The notes under the pieces were generated by a model. It did not search any database. It was not told the DNA's origin and saw nothing but the letters and a program-made list of their open reading frames with translations. Made by a program: the position numbers and the translations under genes. Shown here one piece after another: positions 36,700-48,646 of a DNA stretch of 64,000 nucleotides. This DNA comes from Iphione sp. A-MEVVRFRX5. Lineage: Eukaryota. The first letter of the stretch is position 1. Each line of letters starts with the position of its first letter. The stretch lies in NCBI GenBank assembly GCA_976226885.1, contig OZ320319.1:72168001-72232000 (forward strand). The letters are read 5' to 3'.

Positions 36700-37602
36700 C
36701 AGAACTAGTATTTGACCATCAGAAATGTAGATTTGACAAATATGCATGACCTGGGTTCAAACAGAATACAAATCAATTTCGCATCACCGCTCAAGCATAA
36801 CAGAGCAGGCAAATGACCCAGTAGGATTATTCTGGTTCCTTACAACCAAGAACCAGCCCTATGTGTCATAAAATATGTCAAAGCCTACCTAAAGAGGACA
36901 AAGGACATCAGGGAAGACCAAAACGTATTATTCATTAGTTATTGCCCACCTTACAGATCAGTCACAATGTCAACCCTTGCCCGATGGGTCCGTGAAGTTC
37001 TATTTAGGGCGGGCATCGATACCACAAAATTCACAGCACACAGTACTCGTGCGGCTTCGGCCTCTAAACTACATGCGGCCGGACTCCCCATGACGGAGAT
37101 CCTACATCGCGGCATGTGGTCTGATGAAAACACATTCCGACAGTTCTACCTTAAACAAATCACATAACCGAGTCGAGGGACTCGCCTGCACTAAAGTGCG
37201 GGTAGCCCCTCATGGGAACTCTGCTCTCCTAAACATCTCACCTGCTGCCTCCTATCGGAGGAGCAGCGAAATAGAGTTCTGTAGTTACCTTAACGACAGT
37301 GCAAGGTGACTTGAACTCTATGGAGTCTGCTCCGCAGATAGGAGTTGCAGGTGCCCGCCTGAACGACTGGAGCTTGCACGTTCCCTACTCACAGATCACA
37401 CCATGATCTGCCACCTGCAACATAGATACTTACAAACAAAACTACTAACCAGACTCCCCATTCAGGGCTGCCATCCTTAAATACTGATGACGTCATCCAA
37501 ACATGCGTATGCATACACACCATCTCACCTGCAACTCCTATCTGCAGAGCAGACTCCATAGAGTTCAAGTCACCTTGCACTGCCGTTAAGGTAACTACAG
37601 AA
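36700..37602 (+). mobile_element. 5'-truncated DIRS retroelement: YR pseudogene plus ICR and right ITR
   Basis: One frame reads ...LKHNRAGK*...LCVIKYVKAYLKRT...LFISYCPPYRSVTMSTLARWVREVLFRAGIDTTKFTAHSTRAASAS...GMWSDENTFRQFYLKQIT*. It is followed by a 77-bp inverted repeat with 2 mismatches (37277-37353 vs 37526-37602). Confidence 0.92.
36709..37167 (+). pseudogene. DIRS tyrosine recombinase, C-terminal half with an in-frame stop
   Basis: HSTR motif and terminal catalytic Tyr (TFRQFY) retained; in-frame TGA at about 36814; N-terminal half missing. Confidence 0.88.
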
Positions 37603-39344
37603 TTATATATAAACAATACATTCTTTGCTTTATTGCAGATTTGTTTTTCGCAGGGTAGTGTTATTTGATGTTGCGATATTGAAGTTGATATTTTGTTCCT
37701 TTCAATCTTTATTCAGCAGTGATCTTTAGCTGTGCCAGCAGATATTTGTATAAAGATAGTACAGTAGGAACTCAGATAAAGGCCACCAATGAACCGCTTA
37801 CCGAAGTGTCAGTCGCCTAGCTGCAGCATAGTGGGCTTTGCTTTCCTGATATTATAATAGTTACTGTTATAATCAAAATGAGTTATAAAAAAATGTAGCT
37901 TTGGCATTATACCAGAACACTGTCCATACTCTAATCTCAAGTCTTATAATTGTACACTTCACATAAATGGATTCTCTTTCAGAAAGTACATTTATTTCTC
38001 TTGTCTGTCTTGATCATAAATACGACTATGTTACGCCCTTAATACTAGTTTTCCTCCTAGTTGAGTTGCTCACATTGTGAGGTACAGCTATCTCTATGTA
38101 TTATGGTCACAACTAAAATCACGAATGCCGTGCCTTGTTCTGGTATGTATTGCATGTCCCTTACAATAGTTAGGTTCAGGATGTACGTAATAATTATTTA
38201 GCGTCTGTTTGAATATGAAATACAAAGAGAAGAATTTCTATCATAGCAGGCGTCGTAACGGCTCAAGAGCATTCTCCTTCCACCGTGCAAACCTTTCGGG
38301 TCCTCTCGATTCCCACTGAAATGATGAGGTAAGTAATGTTAGTCGCTGATAGCCTCAGGGGGAAAGCCCTGTGTGATATTTGCCAAACATTACACGCTAA
38401 TCACTCCATTTTCTCCGAAAAACATCTAAAATCAACAGTGAGCGACCTCTCATGCAACGTGTAGTGAACATTAGCTGTCTGTAAACAAAAACACTATAAC
38501 TTCCGCCGACAGTTAGAGTGAAGGTTCCCTACGCACTTTTTTGTTGTTGCCGGCAGGAGGGTGGGGTAGGTGGGGGGCATATTATAATGCGGAAAAGTAC
38601 GGATGGTGTCCTCAGTCGCAGAACAGAATACAGACGTACGTTTGACATTTCCTGAAAAAATACTTGTACAGACAGGTGGATTACATTTGTATACGTTTAC
38701 TATCGAAGAGGAGCGATAACATGATTGAAATTTTTTTTATAGCGAAAGCCATGGTTATGATTTTGAAATGATTTTCATTATATATATACATATATAAATA
38801 TAAACCTCTTTGTTGAAGGCTCTCTAAAAGGCAGATTGTAACTTTAAAGGCTCTAAGATTTATCAGTAACCACCCTTATATTTTATATCAAATGAAGCAT
38901 ATGAGTAGTTTTCAAAACTAGAACAATTAATTTTGTATTTCAAACGCAGTATGTGATGATTCCCGGGCTCTGTGTACACAACAGAGCCTCACATGTGAAC
39001 CCCTCGTCCTAAAAACATTCTCTTGGAATACATTTGGCCATATTGATAAATTTGTTGGCCTAAGGCCAGTGTGCACCCAACTGCCTTTTAAAAGATGCAC
39101 AGGCGGTCACACATACATGTAACTATGCAAGAACAGACAAGTAAATATGATTTAAAAAACAGTTATCAAACGCTGCAGATCCAATGCATAAACGAAATGC
39201 CCACATAAGGCCTGGTTTCCATATGTGCATTAAACAATGTGTGATAAGCGGTTTTGTGAGGGGAAATTCCTACCATTGACAGCCTACCTGCTTCCTGTCT
39301 GGAACATGGTCCCAAACTAAAGTATACACAGTAACTTTGACTAA

Positions 39345-40005
39345 GGCCCGGTTTCCTTGTGTACGGGGAATACCTCCGGAGCACGGGGTCCGAGCTCCGG
39401 AAAAAAACGAACTCACTGATTTTAACAGAGGGTGTTCCATATGTACATGCTCCGGGCTCCGTGTCCGGAGACAGAAAATGGGCAGTGCTCATTTTTTTCC
39501 GCACCACGCACACACACGGACCAGTAGGATAGAGAGAAGGGGGTTTAGCCCCTGTTTCCAGGACTATCCTCTGTATCTGGGTGTCTATCATATGATACAG
39601 ATTGTGAATTATTTTGTGATTTGCATTTCATTTGCATTAAAAAAACTCAACATTTACACAGATTCGGACGGAATTCCTTCCGATCAGCACAAAAAACTCG
39701 ACATTTACACAGATTTGGGCGGAATTTCTTCTGATCAGTGGCAAAAAACTCAACATTTACACAGATTCAAGCGGAATTCCTTCCGATCAGCACAGAGAGG
39801 GAGAAACAGACAGACAGAGAGAGATAGAGATAGAGACAGAGACAGAGAGAGAGAGAGAGAGAGCAGTCCGGACCTGACATGCAGTACGGAAAAATCTCCA
39901 TGTACATGGGTACCGGGTGCATGTCCGTGACAATCCAGAAAATGCCTCATTTTCTGGACCTGACACACAGTACGGAAAAATCTCCGCGCACATGGGTACC
40001 GGGCC
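39345..40005. mobile_element. PIF/Harbinger-like MITE, same family as 44807-46135 in opposite orientation
   Basis: TAA|GGCCCGGTTTCCTTGTGTAC ... GCACATGGGTACCGGGCC|TTA. Three 51-52 bp internal units (39640-39795), an AG-rich microsatellite and a duplicated right subterminus. Confidence 0.8.
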
Positions 40006-41759
40006 TTAAAAACCTCACTATTTCTCATGCAATGATCTTTCTGAAAATGCTCATTCCCATAAAGTTTGAGGCAAGTTTCCATCTCATATATTTACATTTT
40101 TATAAATACTTCAAAGATGTAGTTCAGTAGCATTCAGTGAGAATATTAGATAACAGAAAGGACCATATACCATGAGAAAGCCTGATCTTTCAGCTTTAAT
40201 TTGATGTATAGCATTACATATTGTGTATGAGTTAGGCATGAATGAAATTAAGTGAAAATAGCTACCCTTCACTCTCTACATATCCTCTGTTCATAATCAG
40301 ACTGCTTGTTTAGTAATCTAAGCCCAATATAGTTCATGAAAATATTTTTTGAATGCTACCAATAAATTTGTCATATCTGAAAACTTTTGTGTATGAAGCT
40401 TCATAATAAAGGAAAAGGTTTAGGAAAAATCTGTCATAGTACCACATTTTAGTTAGTTTTCTGCATTATTCCTATGGGACAATAATTCACCAAATTGTTC
40501 CCTTTTTGTGCAAAGGAACCTTTCATAATTCAACAACCACTGGAGTAATTTTAAAAATTCAAAAAGTAAAATAAAGGAGAGGGTGTCCTCCATCTACTAG
40601 ATACATTGTTAATGTCATAGAAGAGATTTTAAAAAATGTCACATTGCTAATGCATTTGTCTCTGGATACATATATGGGTATGTTGCATGTGTGTCCCTTT
40701 GTGTGGAGAATTGTCCAGGACACTTATGCAAAAGGGTGGCCTGTGTACTTGTGTTTTGCTGCTCTGTGTGAGTGTCCAGAGCAACTAACGAATGTATAAA
40801 TATATGTTAAATATTGCAAAATAAAGTCATGAGATTTAACACCCTAAAAGTGGTGAATATAAAAAAGTTTCAGAACTGGCAATTTGACCCAAAAAAAATC
40901 CTGTAACTGGCAAATTTGATGAGTAAATGTTGTGGTTTCATGATTTTTTTTTTACAAAAACACCCATAAACACATTCGGGTGTTTAAAACATCTATATGA
41001 ACATGTAAAACTATATTATGTGAAAGAAAAGACATTCTCCGGATTACTACATAACTAAAACAGTAATAACTTGGCTTCCTCACACGAACCACATCCGACA
41101 TTTCCGCTGCAAGTAGCTTTCGTCGTCGCTCGTTTACGGAGTGGTGCAAATAAGAACATTAACGAAGCAAGCTTGTGACTTGGGGGGGGGACGCGCAAAC
41201 ACCCTACAGAGTTAGACGAAGTATATACATCAGAAACCCAAAGCCTACAGACAAACTTGGAGAATCTGTATTTTAAGTAATTCCGTAAAATAAATCAATA
41301 ACTGAATCATTGAATTCGGTATGATTTCAGGGACACCGTCTAGTTGTCCTGAAACTGAATCCCTGTTTCGCACTTTCCTTCTGGCTCGCCCCTCCAAAGT
41401 AACAAGCCTTGTTCACGAGTTTTTCGTTGAAATGGCTGAATTGTGTTAATCAACTGCTCCATAGACATGCACCATAATTGCAACACAAGAACAATCGGAG
41501 ATGATTAGTGATGGGCTCATTTCTCAACAAATATAAGAGGATAAGTGGGCTTGGAATTAGTCTTACTTGAGGTTTTGTACTAATGGAGAATATGAAATAG
41601 GTCTGGTTGAGCTGCTCTGCGTTTTCCGAGTCTTTGTTGCTCCATAGTTTTAGGGGTCCATTTTTCATGTACATGTAGGCTGGTGGTACAAAAGGCTTGC
41701 CTGAATGAGTCTGGAAATCTGCTAACACAACCCCATACCTAATAGTAATATAGCTAGCT

Positions 41760-42289
41760 TATATTGCAACAAACTGGCTAGAGAAGTACGAGCAAATAAA
41801 GGAACTTTATTGGAAACAAACTAGCCTAATCCAAAACTAACCCTTTCATTTTTTTAAATAAATAAACAATGATATTCATGGTAAGAATAGAGCTTCAAGG
41901 TCCATTTTTTATCTGAAGATTATAAACATGCTGATGCCGAGGCAGTCCCTGCAGCATTATTTATATTTTTTCAAGAAATAAATCAGTACTACAGTCAACT
42001 GAAAATCTACTTCCCTATGATGACAGCCCCTAATGAAAAGCTGCTTGCTGATTTTATAAATGTAACCCACGCAGTAGTCTCCAAATTGATAAGTAAACAC
42101 GTATTCTGTAAACCCACTATTATGCATGGCATTAGTATGTCTGTTTCAAAGAATGCATTATCTATCACTCTAGTACTATTTCCAGATCTTATTGATGCCT
42201 TGTTATCCTCTGGGTCCTTCCCTACTGGATGGGAGAATGCATATGAGGTGCTTTTACACAAAAAGCTTAGCGAACTACTGAACTACTGA
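41760..42289 (+). mobile_element. Decayed CR1/L2-group LINE ORF2 fragment (RT N-terminal region)
   Basis: FINVTHAVVSKLISK...GISMSVSKN...LSSGSFPTGWENAYEVLLHK matches the DGI...G.FP..WK.A.V.P.HK signature preceding LINE RT domains. Confidence 0.6.
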
Positions 42290-42539
42290 ACAACTGCACT
42301 GTCCACATTGACATTTCCTGGTGGCCTTTAGTTTTACTATTTCTTTCACTGGCTATGTTGCACGTGCGACATTTTGTTATCACTGATCCATATTACGTCG
42401 TACCATATGAGAATTCGGAGGATAAATGTGTATATTTAGGGCCAGCAGTTAAACTTTCTGTGGCCAACGCCGCCATTTTGCGCCATCTGTCCTCTGTTGT
42501 TTTTTAGTCGGCCACCACTACCCCCGCCTGACCGGCGCC

Positions 42540-42819
42540 AGAGAGCCAGAATAGAGACGGGGAGAGAGAGGGAGAAAGAGTGAGAGAGCAGTGGGGGGAC
42601 AGCAAAGGCAGGAAGGGAAGAGAGAGACAGAGTAACGGGGGATAGAGAACGAGGTATAAGGGACAAAGGAATAGAGAGAGGGGAACATAGGAAACGAGAG
42701 AAATGCAGGACAGACGCAAATGAGAGATGAAAAGAGAAAGGGAGAGAAGGAACTGAGAAGGAAATGAATTAAGGAGAGAGCTGGAGAGAGGGCTGGAGAG
42801 AGCATTTAGAAGGGACGGG

Positions 42820-42864
<45 letters not shown>

Positions 42865-43130
42865 AGGGAGGGAGGGAGAGGCAGAAGGAGAAGGAAAGAG
42901 AGGGGAAGGAGAGGGGAAAGAGGGCGAAATGGAGGATAGTGGGATAGCAATAGCAAGGCAGAGGAAAAAAAAAAGCAACTGATATCGGAAAGACACCGGT
43001 TATGGAGGGTGAGAGAGACCGGGAGGTAAGATAGGAGAGAAAGGGGGATTAGTGAAGGAAGCCAGGGAGCAGTGGAAAGAGAGATCAGCTGGCTTCAAAG
43101 AGGGAAATTGGAGGGAGATAAATATAAATA
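42540..43130. repeat. Purine-rich low-complexity tract including (AG)n and (GGGA)n
   Basis: Plus strand almost all A/G; pure (AG)n at about 42821-42857. Confidence 0.9.
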
Positions 43131-43959
43131 TTTCAGTAATAAGATTTAAGAGTTACATATGAACCAAATCAATAGAAATGTTAAGACGTGTGTATCCTGT
43201 ATTTTGATTATACCTGTAACCAAATATGACCATCATAAAAAGCAAATAAAAAGGGAAAGAGAGGGAAAGAGAAGGGGGGAAGATTTAAAAGGATCTTTCC
43301 TTTTGGTTTTCAGAGATTACATTTTCTAAAGCTATTTCCGAACAGTATTTATCCAATCGAACTCGGTAACGTTTTCCTATAGGGTGATCTTTGAAGGAGG
43401 AAATATAATGCAGCAGCGAAGATGATGCAAAAGCTTCACTGATAACATGTCGACAGCTTTAACAGAAGAATGAGTCCCGAAGAAACTCTTACATTGTATT
43501 ACATGCATCCCCGTTCATATAAACTGTACAGGTCAATATGTGGGCCGTGCTGCAGCCCTGATGGTCAATAAATCAAACCCAGCATAGGTCAATAGGCAGG
43601 TGGACCAGCGGCGTTGGTGACACTGGTAGAGCCAACGATTCAACCTCCCACGCCGACCACCACCCACGTACCTCCCTCGCCCATGTGTTCCGCCGGTAAG
43701 GCTCACCTGAGACCCCATTTTTCAGCGTAGGATGGAGCCCGTGTTTGTATAAACTCAGTAAAGGAATCGCAGGGTTATCTGTCTTTATGCTCTTTGTACT
43801 CCTCTCTCTCCTTCTTGTTCTCGTCACCTGACTGGAATGATCTCTTATTATCTGGCCACAATTCTTTGCATTTTCTGCCATTTTTCATTAATTGTAAATA
43901 CTTGTTAAGAGTATCTTTTTACACGTGTCTCTGTACCTTTATATCTGTATCTTTCTCTC

Positions 43960-44385
43960 TGTAGCTTTGTTCCATGTTTCTTCCCGCTCTTATTCCCTTG
44001 TGATATGTTGCCTTCATCTGTTTCTCGATGTCAGTCTCTCATCTCCTTAATATCCTTCTCCATTGCCCTTCCTCATCTCTTAACCCCCTTATTTGTGCTT
44101 CGGCATATTCTGATATGTATCTATTCCTCTTATAAATATCTGTTTCCATCTACCACCTTCTCCCTTTTCATACTTCCATGTCTTTGTTATCATTCCTCTC
44201 TCGTCTTCATGCTGGCTGTCCATCTTCCGTCCTCCTTTTTTCCCTCCTGCCTTGTAAGCTTCTGCTGTCCTTTTCCTTGACTCCTTTCTGTCCGTTCCCT
44301 CTCCCACCGTTTTCAGTCCTCGTCTTTTTCTCTCTCCTTCTGTTCATTCCTCCCATCGTGTCTTTCTCTTTTGACCTTTCCTGCT

Positions 44386-44422
<37 letters not shown>

Positions 44423-44525
44423 TCCATTCCCCTGTTTTCTTTTCTCGTTTTCCGTCCATCACTTCTTTTTGCCCCCCTCTTCTTTCCTTTCTATTTCTCC
44501 TGCTCCCTCTGGCTCTTCTCTTTTG
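43960..44525. repeat. Pyrimidine-rich low-complexity tract including (CTGT)n
   Basis: Plus strand almost all C/T; (CTGT)n at about 44388-44415. Confidence 0.9.
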
Positions 44526-44806
44526 TAAGAACGTTTCGGATTTATTGAGATAGGATTCTTGACTCAGATCTATTGTATGAAGTTACTCTAGATAACCCAA
44601 ATTTAATATGAGGCAGCTAGTACCACTTCAGCATTTGATATTGGTCCATTAAAGTTCCATTATGGCTTGTTTAGATATATCAGATCGATAAATACTTGGG
44701 GGTTTTGCTATCTTTCTCATTCCGTCACACTTATGGTGCTATCGCACTTTACATCAACGCACCTGCACAAGTATACCTCGACTATGGCTCAGTCAGTTAT
44801 GCTTAA

Positions 44807-45483
44807 GGCCGGCGTTCCATGTACACGGAATACGTGTCCGGAGCACGGAGGCCATCCGGAAGTTTTGCCTGTTTTCCCTTGTCTCCGGANNNNNNNNNNN
44901 NNNNNNNNNNNNNNNNNNNNNNNNNNNNNNNNNNNNNNNNNNNNNNNNNNNNNNNNNNNNNNNNNNNNNNNNNNNNNNNNNNNNNNNNNNNNNNNNNNNN
45001 NNNNNNNNNNNNNNNNNNNNNNNNNNNNNNNNNNNGTTGAGGCATATTGGTGGAAATTGTGCAGTTTTTGTGGAGGTTGAGGTATATTAGTGGAAATTGT
45101 GCAGTTTTTTGTGGAGGTTGAGGCATATCGGTGGAAATTGTGCAGTTTTTTGTGGAGGGTGAGGCATGTCTGTGGAAATTGTGCAGTTTTTAGGCAAATG
45201 ATATGCAAATTAAAAAATCTTTCACAACATCTGTCATATGACAGACAGTGTCTGTCCTGCTCCAAACCGCCATCTCTCTCTTCTACTGGCCTCTGTGGGT
45301 CTCCGGAGTCCGGAATCCGGAGAAATTTACGGCCCAGGTTCGTTTTTGGCCCACGGACCCGGACCACGGACCCACGGACCCGGGTCCATGGAAAGCCATC
45401 AAGAAAAGTGCTTCAGATTGTTTTTTTCCGTACTACGGAGTCCGTACTACGGACACTGTTTCCGTATGCATGGAAAGCCAGCC
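44807..45483. mobile_element. PIF/Harbinger-like MITE (train member 1), spans the N gap
   Basis: TAA|GGCCGGCGTTCCATGTAC ... GCATGGAAAGCCAGCC|TTA; 40-41 bp internal tandem units at 45036-45200. Confidence 0.8.
44890..45035. other. Assembly gap (146 N)
   Basis: Run of N inside a repeat-bearing MITE. ORFs crossing it are artefacts. Confidence 0.99.
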
Positions 45484-45486
45484 TTA

Positions 45487-46135
45487 GGCCGGCGTTCCAT
45501 GTACGCGGAAAACGTCTCCGGAGCACGGAGCCCATCCGAAGATTTTGCCTGTTTTCCCGTATCTCCGGAGAGGTGCTTTCCATGTGTGTGTGCATGTGTG
45601 CGTGCATGTATGTGTATGTATGTGTATGTATGTATATGTATGTATGTGTATGTATGTATATGTATGTATGTATGTGCGTGCGTGCATGTATGTATGTAAG
45701 CAGATCGGTGGAAATTGTGTGGTTTTTCATGGAGGTTGAAGCAGATCGGTGGAAATTGTGCGTTTTTTCATGGAGTTTGAAGTAGATCGGTGGAAATTGT
45801 GCATTTTTTCATGGAGTTTGAAGCAGATCAGTGGAAATTGTGCGGTTTTTATCCAAATGATATGCAAATTACAAAATAATTCACAACATCTGTCATGTGA
45901 CAGACAGTGTCTGTCCCACTGAAAACATCCATCTGCATGTGCTACTCATCCATGTCTGTCTCCGCAGCACGGAGCACGGACAAATTTACGGCCCAGGTTC
46001 GTTTTTCACCTCCGGACACGGAGCACGGAGCACTGATACATGGAAACAATCAGGTTGACTACCATAGGATCGTTTTTTTCCGCACCACGCAGTCCGGACT
46101 CCGGAGACAATTTCCGTATATATGGAAAGCCAGCC
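45487..46135. mobile_element. PIF/Harbinger-like MITE (train member 2)
   Basis: TTA|GGCCGGCGTTCCATGTAC ... ATATGGAAAGCCAGCC|TAA; (TGTA)n-like microsatellite and four 41-bp units (45701, 45742, 45783, 45824). Confidence 0.85.
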
Positions 46136-46138
46136 TAA

Positions 46139-46444
46139 GGCGTGGTTCACATGTATCCGCACGGAAAATATGGCTATATGGTTCCGGAGATGTAGAAAAC
46201 GTCCTGCCGTATGTGTCTTGATTGCTTTCTTATGTAAAGCCGTAATGCTTCTTTACTATAGAGCTCTATGAGAAATGCATGGTTGTCCTTAAAAAGCCGT
46301 CCCAGACGATTTTTGAATACGTATACATGTCCGTTTAGATATGGATACATGTAAACAGTCTACATTATTAACCATAGACTGGGCATTTTTCTACGGATAC
46401 GGATCCATAGCTGTATGAAATTACGGATACATGTGAACAGTGCC
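46139..46444. mobile_element. PIF/Harbinger-like MITE of a different subfamily (train member 3)
   Basis: TAA|GGCGTGGTTCACATGTATCCG ... CGGATACATGTGAACAGTGCC|TAA. Confidence 0.8.
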
Positions 46445-46552
46445 TAAGATTTTAGAACAGACGTACGTTATGCCCTGTTTACATGTACGAAGATTTTCCA
46501 ATTCTGCATCTGCACACGGGGCTGGATTTTTTCCAGCCTATACTTATCTATT

Positions 46553-46779
46553 GATGCTGTTCACATGCATACAGATTTTTCTGCATCCAGATGCAGATCC
46601 GGATGTCCATCCATGAAAAAGATTTTGTCCAGATCCGCATGCGAATTTCCATAGACCACAATGTTAAAGAGACATCTGCAGACCATATGGATTCAATTAA
46701 AAAGCAAACTCTGCACAAGGTCCCTCCGCGTCCACAGATGGAACTGAATTTTTTTGTCAGGATGCATGTGAACATGGCG
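46553..46779. mobile_element. PIF/Harbinger-like MITE related to 3890-4130; abuts another TIR start at 46783 via TTA
   Basis: GATGCTGTTCACATGCAT ... GATGCATGTGAACATGGCG|TTA|GGCAGTGTATACATGCATCCG. Confidence 0.65.
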
Positions 46780-47041
46780 TTAGGCAGTGTATACATGCAT
46801 CCGTTTTTTCCAAAAGCAGACACGGATCCATAGACAGATTTTATCTGCACAAGGCAGTATCACTAAAGCATTCACATGCATCCGTTTCAAAATAGATACA
46901 TCCTAGTATTCGTTTTCAAAACTGTTTGCGACGGATTTTCTATAGATGCCCATCTGTTTTCCATAGGAAACAATGTTGAAGATACATCTTATAACAACCA
47001 GTTACCATTAAGTAATGAACAGTCGACATTTGCGTATTTAA

Positions 47042-47385
47042 GGCCCGGTTGCCATACATGAGTGGGTATCCTTGAGGTATCCAGTGGTATCCATGTGCAT
47101 TTCCAGTGCATTGCTATGCGTTGTGCTTTTAACACACGGCATTCAAAAGTGAGTAAAAGTAAGTAAATATGAAGAAATACGTGTGCATTGCCATGTGTTG
47201 CGATGTGTTTTCGGTAAATTTACAGACCTGGACCGAATACGGGCAACACATGGCAACGCAGACAGATGGCTGCCGCAGGTATGGAAACCATTTCACCGTT
47301 TGCCTATATACATGTAATCTGATAATACCACAAGGCAACGCATAGAAATGCTCATGGTTATCACCGCATGTATGGAAACCGGGGC
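47042..47385. mobile_element. PIF/Harbinger-like MITE with exact TAA TSD
   Basis: TAA|GGCCCGGTTGCCATACATG ... CATGTATGGAAACCGGGGC|TAA. Confidence 0.85.
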
Positions 47386-47587
47386 TAACCACATGAATAA
47401 ACGGATGGTCGTTGCCACTTAATACATATTCTGTAAAGTGACCATCTGCCCTGCAGTCAGGTTTAAGACCCCAATGTCGGAGGTACGTTCATCACATATT
47501 TCTAGACATGGGATTTAAATCTCAGCAAACAGGTTCATAGGACAACTCGAAGTCACGCAACTTGAATCGAACATGTTTGCCAGTACT

Positions 47588-47740
47588 TCTAGGTTCCTAG
47601 TCAGTCTGTCCTGAGAGAGAGAACGATCCAACACTGGGATAAAGTATGGAGTCTTCTCTATTTATTTGGCAAAACAGAGCTCTTCTTATACTAGTACAGC
47701 ACGGTTACATGACGTGGGGTGATCACATTTGCTATATGAA
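47588..47740 (-). mobile_element. Possible LTR 3' end remnant
   Basis: Minus strand has AATAAA followed by ...CTCTCTCTCAGGACA (an ACA terminus). No internal domains recognised. Confidence 0.25.
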
Positions 47741-48415
47741 ATTAGTAAAATCCATTGAATGTTTTTAATCATATAAATCCCGTGCATCTGGGTGGAACTA
47801 AAACTTCTCTGTGGAGGTTCGGAGGGTTTTCCTCCATTCCCCTCGCCCCCTCTAGGCAAAGGTCTGCGGAGTATCGAACACCTTCATCCGTCAAGCAACG
47901 TTGCTTGCATTCTGACTCCTCTGTGTGTATGCTAGATTCACCAGAATGTCTATGGGTCCTGTGAGCTTCACGAACTAGTCGTGCCACTTAGTCGAGAAGT
48001 TACATAAAACTTCTCGACCATGTTGACCTCGAAGGTCATAAGCTTTGTATGATGCGAGTTGCAGGTTGTATGCACGGTAGCATCCGAACGTCTAGACATC
48101 TCAGTCAAGGCCAACCGGAAGTCAGGCGTGGAGCCGTGGGTGTGGGAAAAGGGCGGCAAGTGTCAACCATATTAGTGTATTGTTAAGAAAAATTGAGATC
48201 CACAGTGGTATTACCGCCTCGATATAGTCATGCTTTACCCCCTCAAGGTGCCTATCTCTTCAACGATAACAGCAGCAGGAGCTTGACTCACGCATAACGC
48301 TTTGCACTGAATTCCTTCCTCTCTTCTTCAGTTGTCAATGTTAAGCAGTCTTCCAGTGCACTTTATAAGTGGAAGTCATATCCGCTTATAGTAGCTAAGT
48401 GAAAGCAGATGATAT

Positions 48416-48646
48416 CATGCCTGTAGCCAGGAATGTTTTGTGGGGGGGATTATCTCCTGGTAGGCAATCAACAAGTTTCCTCCCATTCCTCCCATTTCTT
48501 CACTTTCCTCACTTTGTATGGGGTATTTCCTCACATTACCCTTTTTTCCTGTCTTTTTATGGGGCATTTTTGTCTTTGGGTGGACCTCCTGGTCCTTGTG
48601 GGTGTTATCGGTTGATACCCCTGATACCCCCTTGGCTACGGGAATG
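48416..48646. mobile_element. hAT-like MITE, older 231-bp member of the 6322/21352 family
   Basis: CATGCCTGTAGCCA ... TGGCTACGGGAATG with 5-bp flanking repeat GATAT and GATACCCC subterminal motifs. Confidence 0.75.

Noticed and set aside
40705-40735. RIVQDTYAK resembling LAT exon 2 RVQDIFTYAK
   Set aside because: No acceptor, AT-rich codons, surrounding frame not LAT-like, two residues missing.
44667-45367. Long ORFs spanning 44667-45367
   Set aside because: Open only because they run through the N gap and MITE repeats.
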